The notes below the pieces were generated by a model. The model did no database searches and was not told where the DNA came from. It saw nothing but the letters and a program-made list of their open reading frames with translations. This document shows positions 19,800 to 26,311 of a DNA stretch of 61,995 bases, in pieces. A program made the position numbers and the translations under genes. The stretch lies in the IMG/VR virus record IMGVR_UViG_3300037246_000486, positions 1-61,995 of that record. The stretch is one strand, 5' to 3'. Every line of letters begins with the position of its first letter. The first letter of the stretch is position 1. The stretch comes from a virus. Taxonomy: Duplodnaviria; Caudoviricetes.

Positions 19800-19880
19800 C
19801 GAGCACCCACACACCAAGGACCGGAGCCGGACTCGGTCTGGTAACGTAGCGCGCAGTAAGCGTGGTCATGGGGACCAAAG

Positions 19881-20237
19881 ATGGAGGAGATGAACATAGG
19901 AGGCCAGGTCGTGCCTGACGAGCCTATAAGCCTTGTCCGGGTGTATAGCGAATTCGTCGAGTTCCGTGGCGAGACGACTGCGCACCGGGAAGCCTTGGAC
20001 CGGAGGTTCGGGTCCTTGGAGAGGTCCATCTCTACAGGACTCGAGGACATCAGGGACGTGGTCGCGGGGAACACGGGTGCGGAGCTGCGCCTGCAACACC
20101 TGGAAGCCGCGGCACTACCTGATCGACTGGGTGCCTTGGAAGGTCGGTGGCGGTTGGCGATGTGGATGGCAAGCGCGTTCGCCATCGCGGGCCTGTCCGC
20201 CCTCGGTGCTTTGTTCGTTGCATGGGTGCAAGCTTGA
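19881..20237 (+). CDS. Coiled-coil protein with a C-terminal transmembrane helix (lysis-region membrane protein)
   Basis: C-terminal hydrophobic stretch 'LAMWMASAFAIAGLSALGALFVAW'. Confidence 0.6.
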   Translation: MEEMNIGGQVVPDEPISLVRVYSEFVEFRGETTAHREALDRRFGSLERSISTGLEDIRDVVAGNTGAELRLQHLEAAALPDRLGALEGRWRLAMWMASAFAIAGLSALGALFVAWVQA

Positions 20238-20249
20238 AGGTAGGTCTCC

Positions 20250-20351
20250 ATGAGTGAGAAGGTGTTGTTCGTCCTTGGTACTGTCTTCCTGGTCGCCGTC
20301 CTGGGGTTCTTCGTATCCCTGGGCTGGGCGGCCTGGGAGCGCTACCGGTGA
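20250..20351 (+). CDS. Small single-pass membrane peptide (33 aa; below the ORF-track cutoff)
   Basis: MSEKVLFVLGTVFLVAVLGFFVSLGWAAWERYR; its TGA overlaps the endolysin GTG. Confidence 0.55.
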   Translation: MSEKVLFVLGTVFLVAVLGFFVSLGWAAWERYR

Positions 20352-20806
20352 ACCGTCGAGTGTCGCCCAACTTCCGTGAAAGCGAGGTGGTCGGCAATGA
20401 CCGGTACCCGGATCTGGTCACGCCGTATTACCGACTGACCCCGCGCAGGGCCGCAGCGGCATCGCGCCTCCTGTGGACCGGGCTCGAACCCCTCCGCCGA
20501 CGGCTGGGGCGTATCCGGGTCCTGGGCTTCTACCGGGGTCCGGTCTTGAACGGCGCGGTGGATGGGACCGACAACAGCCAGCATCTTACTGGCAACGCTG
20601 CCGACTGGATCCCGATGGACATGGGGCAGGACGAGGCTTGGCTTGTCATTCGTAGTGGAGACGTTCCCGGCTTGTCGTTCGATCACCTCAACTACTATGC
20701 CGCACTGGACGTCCCCACCTTCCACATCGACCATCGGTCGGTGGACGTTGGGCCACCCCGCATGAAGCTCTATGTGGGCTGGGTCCGGTGGCAACCGGAG
20801 CTATGA
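20348..20806 (+). CDS. Endolysin, peptidase M15 family
   Basis: 'YRGPVLNGAVDG...SQHLTGNAAD...FHID' Zn-peptidase M15 motifs. Confidence 0.85.
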   Translation: MNRRVSPNFRESEVVGNDRYPDLVTPYYRLTPRRAAAASRLLWTGLEPLRRRLGRIRVLGFYRGPVLNGAVDGTDNSQHLTGNAADWIPMDMGQDEAWLVIRSGDVPGLSFDHLNYYAALDVPTFHIDHRSVDVGPPRMKLYVGWVRWQPEL

Positions 20807-21142
20807 ATGCTGCCATGGATCATGCAACGGAGACCGGTCAACCAGGACAGGGAGTTCGCGGAGATCCGCGCCCGGGGATCCTGGTCCCAGAACGGGGGAC
20901 GGCAATGGAGCTGTCCACCCCTCCTCCCGCCACGCCGATGCGGGAGGCCCATCGCCCTGGTCCTGCTCCTCGCCCTGGTGGTCGGGTGCGCGTCGGCGCG
21001 CGCTGTCTACCAGCATGTGAGCGCGGCCAAGTTGGCTCACGCCGAGGATGTCATCCGGGAACTAGCTGCCGAGGAGGGCTGGTCGGACAAGCGCCTGGAG
21101 ATTCTCCTGGCGAACCTTCACCGCAAGTACAGGGAGGAATGA
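20807..21142 (+). CDS. Hypothetical protein with an internal lipoprotein-signal-like segment (start uncertain)
   Basis: 'RPIALVLLLALVVGC' hydrophobic stretch ending in a lipobox-like Cys. Confidence 0.4.
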   Translation: MLPWIMQRRPVNQDREFAEIRARGSWSQNGGRQWSCPPLLPPRRCGRPIALVLLLALVVGCASARAVYQHVSAAKLAHAEDVIRELAAEEGWSDKRLEILLANLHRKYREE

Positions 21143-21145
21143 GTC

Positions 21146-21493
21146 ATGGCGTGTAACGGCTGGAAGCGAATCACCAGCGTCGGAGACGTCAATGTCGTGG
21201 TGGCCATGCGGGACCTGCGGGACCTGGTGGGCCGGTTCGGGTCCACCCACCTGGGGTCCTTCGACCGCTGCGGTAAGTACGCCGTGTTCACCCGTGGGGA
21301 GTGGGCCCAGTTCCTCGGCCACCACCGGGCGGACCAGCACGGGCCACTCCGGTCCCGGCGCGGTGGCGGTGGTGACTGCGACGGGTGGTGCGACGACGTC
21401 TGCGAGGACCATGACGGTTGCGACTCCGCCGGTGGAACCCAGGGCGACTGCGTCGCCATCTGTAACGACAACGAAGTTATTCTGCAGGTGTAA
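21146..21493 (+). CDS. Hypothetical protein with an acidic Cys-rich C-terminus
   Basis: GGAGG upstream; ends GGGG-DCDGWCDDVCEDHDGCDSAGGTQGDCVAICND. Confidence 0.5.
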   Translation: MACNGWKRITSVGDVNVVVAMRDLRDLVGRFGSTHLGSFDRCGKYAVFTRGEWAQFLGHHRADQHGPLRSRRGGGGDCDGWCDDVCEDHDGCDSAGGTQGDCVAICNDNEVILQV

Positions 21494-21546
21494 GAGCGGG
21501 CCGGTGGCCCCCGATGTGGTCACCATCAAGCAGTAGGAGGAACGAC

Positions 21547-22008
21547 ATGAAGAGAACACTCCTTGGGCTGATCCTGGTCGCCGTGGTGGCGATGGGGTCG
21601 GCCTGCCAGAACAACATCACCGGGGCCACGTTGCCCGTCCCGAGCATTGTTGCCGGGGCTTGGGCGGGCAACGCCCGGTGGGATGCTGTCCAGGGCGGTG
21701 CCCCGGCAGTGGTCACCTCGGGCGCGTCTAGCGCCATCATCTTCCAGACCGGCGCCGCCATCCAAGGCGGCTCCACTTGGGAGGTGACAGGCATGTTCAC
21801 CGGCACTCTCAGCGGCACGGTTGATCCGAACGGCAACGCGACGGGTGTCGCGACCGTGCTAGTGGTTGGAGTCCCATGTACGGCGAGCGCATCATTCGGT
21901 GGGACCGTTGAGGGTGACAGGTTGGTGTTGACCATGAGCTTCGCTGACCCGGGTGCGTCACCGTGCCCGGGGGCTCCGGTTGGCATGGTCCTCACCCTGG
22001 GGAGGTAG
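21547..22008 (+). CDS. Lipoprotein (beta-rich)
   Basis: AGGAGG SD; signal peptide MKRTLLGLILVAVVAMGSA|C. Confidence 0.75.
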   Translation: MKRTLLGLILVAVVAMGSACQNNITGATLPVPSIVAGAWAGNARWDAVQGGAPAVVTSGASSAIIFQTGAAIQGGSTWEVTGMFTGTLSGTVDPNGNATGVATVLVVGVPCTASASFGGTVEGDRLVLTMSFADPGASPCPGAPVGMVLTLGR

Positions 22009-22010
22009 TG

Positions 22011-22589
22011 ATGACGCTTGCGACTATCGGCTTGCTAGTGGCGGTGGCTGTCGCCCCCATGCAACAGGAGGCGACAGCACCACCACCCACCATCGACCTC
22101 GATGCCGCCATGGACGACGCGGTCACCCGCATCATTGCGGAGGACCTGGGCCTGGAGCTCGTGTGGGTCCAGGAGCGTGACCCGGAGACGGGTCGGTTCG
22201 TTGCTACCCAGGAGGGTGAGGAGGAGACGGGCTACCTGAAGATGCTGTATCAGGGAACGTACTCCGCACCCGAGCTTGCCTTCATGGGGGCGTCGGCGAT
22301 CCAGATGTATGCCGAGTCAGACTTCAACGGCCTGTGCGAACGCAACCCGTGGCTGAAGTGTGACACCAACTTCGGGAGCACGGTACAGCAGGACGTACTC
22401 ATCACCGCCGGGGTATACGCCGGGGTGAAGGGCGTCCAACGCCTGGCGAAGAAGTACTGGGGTGTCGACCTGGACGAGGGGTGGAAGAACCTGCTGATCT
22501 TCGGCGGGATGACGGCCGTGCGCGGACTGGTCGCGGCCGACACCATCTCCTTGAACAACGCCATCCGCGAACTCCCGTTCATCCAATGA
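22011..22589 (+). CDS. Secreted or membrane protein
   Basis: GGAGG SD; N-terminal signal-like hydrophobic stretch and further hydrophobic segments. Confidence 0.55.
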   Translation: MTLATIGLLVAVAVAPMQQEATAPPPTIDLDAAMDDAVTRIIAEDLGLELVWVQERDPETGRFVATQEGEEETGYLKMLYQGTYSAPELAFMGASAIQMYAESDFNGLCERNPWLKCDTNFGSTVQQDVLITAGVYAGVKGVQRLAKKYWGVDLDEGWKNLLIFGGMTAVRGLVAADTISLNNAIRELPFIQ

Positions 22590-22870
22590 TGGAGCTCGGT
22601 GGGTTCGACCTTCTGGTCCCGGTAATTGTGTCTGCCCTGATTGTGTTCGCGCGGCAGTTCACCGCCAAGCTCGACGGCAACCAAGCATACATGGTGAGCG
22701 TGGTGCTCAACATCCTGGCCCAGGTGGCAGCTGCCCTCCTGGACGGTGGTGCCCTGGGGGCTGCGGCCGCGACCGGCTTGGCAACGGGCGCGGTGGTAGG
22801 TCCGGGCCTGGTCGCCACGGGCAAACGAGTGGGCCTGGCGAAGGTGGTCAAGCCCAGGAAGGAAGCATAG
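22586..22870 (+). CDS. Putative holin
   Basis: 94 aa, 2-3 hydrophobic segments, basic C-terminus, last gene before the terminator of the late region. Confidence 0.6.
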   Translation: MMELGGFDLLVPVIVSALIVFARQFTAKLDGNQAYMVSVVLNILAQVAAALLDGGALGAAAATGLATGAVVGPGLVATGKRVGLAKVVKPRKEA

Positions 22871-22968
22871 TGATTGGGGCGGGGTAGGTCCGGAGCGCCT
22901 CCGGTTCCCAGTCGATAGTCCGCTCAGGCTGGGGACTTGAACCGAGGGCCTCCCCCGCCCTGTTATCC

Positions 22969-23028
22969 GACCCCCAGGGTCTGGCATGTACACCCTCCAG
23001 GGTGGCCAGATCCTGGGGGTCCTTTTTT
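22969..23028 (+). terminator. Rho-independent terminator ending the late region
   Basis: GACCCCCAGGGTCTGGC / GCCAGATCCTGGGGGTC stem followed by CTTTTTT. Confidence 0.8.
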
Positions 23029-23034
23029 GTACAG

Positions 23035-23100
23035 TATTTCCGAGATAGTGGTTGTGCCCAGGACCCCCAGGCATGACAATCTGTTTATGGAAAACACACA
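23035..23100 (+). promoter_or_regulatory. Repeated early promoter, copy 1
   Basis: TATTTCCGAGATA (23035-47), TTGTGC, 17 nt, GACAAT (23075-80), ATG at 23087, CA tract. Confidence 0.7.
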
Positions 23101-23272
23101 CGAGGTATACGGGCGGGACGGGCGGGCAGTCAGGGTCGTAAGCCGGACGGAGGATCTGGGGGGCGGCGCGGCAGTGTGGTACTCGGCACAGGTCGAAGGT
23201 TGGAACGTGTCGGAGCGTTCGTTGGAAGCAATGCAGGCTCGCGTCACCTCAATCGTAGGAGCAGGCAAATGA
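23087..23272 (+). CDS. Small hypothetical protein (probably leaderless)
   Basis: ATG 7 nt after the -10 box; coupled by ATGA/TAATG overlaps to small ORFs 23269..23403 and 23403..23576. Confidence 0.5.
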   Translation: MENTHEVYGRDGRAVRVVSRTEDLGGGAAVWYSAQVEGWNVSERSLEAMQARVTSIVGAGK

Positions 23273-23575
23273 TCGGGGCCGGATCGTGGGTCACCACCCA
23301 GTACGGCAACGGGGTCGTCAGGTACCGGCGCGGCAACACCCTCACCGTCCGACTGTTCAACACCCACCAGGTCGTCACCATCACCATCGAGGAGCTCAGC
23401 TAATGCGCACCGAGATCCACAGGACCGTCACCAAGGTGAAAGTCGACCCGGACGGTGGCTGGACAAAGCTCACGATGGACTGCGGGCACGTCGCAGAATG
23501 CAACCAGGTCTACACCTACAAAGTCGGCTCGCGCCGGCCGTGCTACCGCTGCAACTACCCCACGGCCCGCAACTG

Positions 23576-24055
23576 ATGGCCCTACCAGGAGCAAAGCAAA
23601 TGACAGACCACCAGGCAATCACCGAACCCGGTGTCCAGGTACCGGACATCACCTGTCCCAAGTGCAAGTCGCCGGACGGTGGGTTTCAGGGCGTGCGGCA
23701 CCGGGGTGGTGGGCTGCGGTCCACCTGGAAGTGTGAGGAGTGCGATCACAAGTGGCCGCGCAGAACCATCCCCGAGGGCGCGCTCATCCCGGACATGCCG
23801 GAGGCCAAGGCACCGGTCGACCCGAACGCCCCCGTGGTCCTGTCCCCCGAGGCCCAGGCCATGGCCGAGCAACGTGCCGCCGAGTCCGCGATGGCCCTGC
23901 GGTACCGGCGCGGGGTCCTGGGCAGGTACGTTGCGCAGGTCCTGGACTGCGGCACCTTCACCGAGGTGGACGGCGAGCTGGTACGGCCCGCGGACGCCGG
24001 GGCCAAGCGCCTGGCGTTCTTCGAGGCCCACCCGATCGCGGACATGTTCAGCTGA
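23576..24055 (+). CDS. Zn-ribbon hypothetical protein
   Basis: CPKC...CEECDHKW motif. Confidence 0.55.
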   Translation: MALPGAKQMTDHQAITEPGVQVPDITCPKCKSPDGGFQGVRHRGGGLRSTWKCEECDHKWPRRTIPEGALIPDMPEAKAPVDPNAPVVLSPEAQAMAEQRAAESAMALRYRRGVLGRYVAQVLDCGTFTEVDGELVRPADAGAKRLAFFEAHPIADMFS

Positions 24056-24100
24056 CCTGGTACACTGCCCATGACCCAGGCCGGCAACGGCCGACGCGCA

Positions 24101-24149
24101 GGCACCCTCGGCAGGGACTTCACGGTCCTCGCCGGGGGTGTTTCTTATT
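24101..24149 (+). terminator. Rho-independent terminator
   Basis: GGCACCCTCGGC / GCCGGGGGTGTT stem followed by a T-rich tail. Confidence 0.6.
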
Positions 24150-24320
24150 GTCCGATTGTGCTTGTGCCACCCAGGCTCGAGCCTATATAATAGGGTAGAG
24201 AGCCGGGATCCGTCTCACGACGTTTGAACCCCTCGAAATACTTTCACCTATTGTCCGAATGTGCTTGAGCCCGGACGCCCCAGATAGGACAATGTCTACA
24301 TGGTAGTTCACACACACACA
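24146..24320 (+). promoter_or_regulatory. Tandem promoters sharing TATTGTCCGAWTGTGCTTG (copy 2 of the early-promoter family)
   Basis: TTGTGC-18-TATAAT (24162-91) and TTGAGC-17-GACAAT (24265-93); ATG at 24300, then a CA tract. Confidence 0.65.
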
Positions 24321-24330
24321 GGAGCGGCAC

Positions 24331-24582
24331 ATGTATAACGCAAAGGCATACAGGTTGGTCCAGTTGGATGGTCGCGGTCCCTGGGAGTCCAGTCCCCGCC
24401 GCACCGTCACCACCATCTCCGGGCAGGAGTGGTTGGCCGAAACCTTCGCAGTCGTCCTCCGGGCGTTCGGGTCCGCAGGGGGCGTCGATGGCGTCACCGA
24501 GCAGGCCCAGTACCAGGACGCCCGTGAGCGGTGGTGGGACATGTCACCCGAAGAAGTTTCGACGTTCATCGACAACGTCTAG
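24331..24582 (+). CDS. Hypothetical early protein
   Basis: AGGAG SD; 83 aa. Confidence 0.6.
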   Translation: MYNAKAYRLVQLDGRGPWESSPRRTVTTISGQEWLAETFAVVLRAFGSAGGVDGVTEQAQYQDARERWWDMSPEEVSTFIDNV

Positions 24583-24647
24583 GTCCACCGCCCCCGGGCA
24601 ACCGGGGGCACCACCCCACCCCGTTCACACACACACGGAGAAGCACA

Positions 24648-24893
24648 ATGGCAAATCGGATCAGTGTCAACCTGGAGGCGCAGGAGGTCGTGGACACCCT
24701 GGCCGCCGAGCTTCACGAGTTCCGCAACATCAACTTCAACGCCGGGGACCTGGAGCCCCTGGTCGCCAAGCTCCGGGAAGCCGCGGCCGAGCTGTCCGTC
24801 GCCGCCCGGCACCTGGTGGTGGCTGCCGCCGAGGACAAGGTGGTGGACCCCAACACCGTGGCATGGATCACCAGGCCGGGCCACCAGGCCTGA
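24648..24893 (+). CDS. Hypothetical early protein (helical)
   Basis: CA tract and GGAG upstream of ATG 24648. Confidence 0.6.
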   Translation: MANRISVNLEAQEVVDTLAAELHEFRNINFNAGDLEPLVAKLREAAAELSVAARHLVVAAAEDKVVDPNTVAWITRPGHQA

Positions 24894-24906
24894 CCACCAG
24901 GCAGCA

Positions 24907-24956
24907 AGCCTCCGGGTGGTGGTGGATGGGCCACCTCTCCCGGGGGTCTTTTTTTG
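24907..24956 (+). terminator. Rho-independent terminator
   Basis: CCTCCGGG / CCCGGGGG stem followed by TCTTTTTT. Confidence 0.7.
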
Positions 24957-25055
24957 TCGGTCGCCGACCGACCGCAGCCTGGACCCGGGCCCACCCCTAT
25001 TATACCAGCTCGATCCTCGAGACCCAAGCCTATTCGTCCCCGAAGAAACCTCCGT

Positions 25056-25124
25056 TATTTCCGAGATATTGGTTGAGACCTGGTGCCCGATCCATGACAA
25101 TCAGTACATGGTAATCACACACAC
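25056..25124 (+). promoter_or_regulatory. Repeated early promoter, copy 3
   Basis: TATTTCCGAGATA (25056-68), TTGAGA, 17 nt, GACAAT (25096-101), ATG at 25108, CA tract. Confidence 0.7.
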
Positions 25125-25285
25125 CAACCTGGTTGCGAGCACGGGGGTCGGGAAGGAGCAGACCTCGCGGGAGATGGGGCAGGCCGAGCCACTAGTTGAG
25201 TCTCGGTGGAGTTGGGGCCTGTTGCGGAGTGACACCGATGCAGACCGTCCCGCGGCACCCGACCTTCGTGCCCGCCACCAGGTTG
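25125..25285 (+). ncRNA. Candidate structured RNA / leader element
   Basis: 28-bp closing stem 25125-52 / 25258-85 with G-U pairs, enclosing further helices. Confidence 0.5.
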
Positions 25286-25304
25286 ACCACAAGGAGCAAA
25301 GCTA

Positions 25305-25661
25305 ATGCCGTACATCAGCCGCTGGCAAGCACCCGCAGTCTTCCATGTCGTCCGTGCAGCTGGGGACTCCGAGCCCACCGTCACCTTCTACCACGCCTAC
25401 AAAGGCGAGCACCAGCAGTCCTTCTGGTTCAACGCCGACTCCGCCCAGTACGAGGGCGACATCGGCCCGTTCGACTTTGACATCCGCCAGGTGGCCAAGG
25501 AGTTGGGCATGAACGCTCCCCGGGACGAGGATGACATGCGCCTCATGCTGGAGCACATCGTGTGCGAGTGGCAGCAGGGCATGTCCGTCCAGGACGACCG
25601 GTTGCGTGCAGCCCTTCGGCGCGCGTGCAGGTTGGCCGGACCGGACAGCTCGGGCCGGTAG
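25305..25661 (+). CDS. Hypothetical early protein
   Basis: AAGGAG SD; 118 aa. Confidence 0.6.
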   Translation: MPYISRWQAPAVFHVVRAAGDSEPTVTFYHAYKGEHQQSFWFNADSAQYEGDIGPFDFDIRQVAKELGMNAPRDEDDMRLMLEHIVCEWQQGMSVQDDRLRAALRRACRLAGPDSSGR

Positions 25662-25686
25662 GTTCCCACCGCCCCCTCGGGGACGG

Positions 25687-25731
25687 GCCCCCAGGTACCC
25701 AGGGCATCGGGTACCTGGGGGCATTTCTTTT
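25687..25731 (+). terminator. Rho-independent terminator
   Basis: GCCCCCAGGTACCC / GGGTACCTGGGGGC perfect stem followed by ATTTCTTTT. Confidence 0.8.
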
Positions 25732-25739
25732 GCCTACGT

Positions 25740-25812
25740 TATTTCTGAGATAAGGGCTGGTGCCGGGTGGGCCCAGGTGGCACAATAGGGATATGGAAAT
25801 CACACACACACC
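25740..25812 (+). promoter_or_regulatory. Repeated early promoter, copy 4
   Basis: TATTTCTGAGATA (25740-52), CTGGTG, 18 nt, CACAAT (25781-86), ATG at 25793, CA tract. Confidence 0.7.
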
Positions 25813-26311
25813 GCAGGAGCAGGACATGAGCACCAACACACCAGACGCGCAGATGCGAAACGAGTTTATCGAGCTGGCCGACGACGTGGCCCAGGTGGTC
25901 AACGAGCACCGGCAGGTCAACGTCAACGCCTCGGACGTCCAGGCATTCCTGGAGCTCCTGGAGCGCACCGCCACCCAGGTCCGGGACATGCAGTACGCCG
26001 TCATCACCCGCAACATCGACCGGCACCTGGCGGAGCAGGCCGCAACCGAAGAGGACAACGCCGGCCTGGAGGACGAACCCCTCGGCCCCCTGGCCCCTCC
26101 CTTGGAGGACATGCTGCTGTTCGACTACGGCACGATGGAGCTGCACTTTCGCCGCAGTGATGGTTGCTACGTCATCACCAGCCCACGCCGCGACCGTATG
26201 GTGTTCGGGTCGGACGCACTGGACGAGGCCTGCAACGCCTTCGCCGATCACGCTGGGTGCTCCCCGGTGGCCGTCCTCGAGCAGGCCGTAGCCCGGACCG
26301 AAGGTGCCTGA
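25793..26311 (+). CDS. Hypothetical early protein
   Basis: Two in-frame starts: leaderless-type ATG 25793 and SD-led ATG 25826. Confidence 0.6.
   Translation: MEITHTPQEQDMSTNTPDAQMRNEFIELADDVAQVVNEHRQVNVNASDVQAFLELLERTATQVRDMQYAVITRNIDRHLAEQAATEEDNAGLEDEPLGPLAPPLEDMLLFDYGTMELHFRRSDGCYVITSPRRDRMVFGSDALDEACNAFADHAGCSPVAVLEQAVARTEGA

Noticed and set aside
22877-22960. tRNA gene suggested by GGTTCAAGTCC on the minus strand
   Set aside because: The T-stem does not pair, and no cloverleaf or acceptor/CCA end can be built.
25143-25170. SRP RNA or cobalamin riboswitch suggested by GGAAGGAGCAG and GCCACT
   Set aside because: The SRP helix-8 internal loop and the ordered cobalamin-box elements are not present in the right arrangement.
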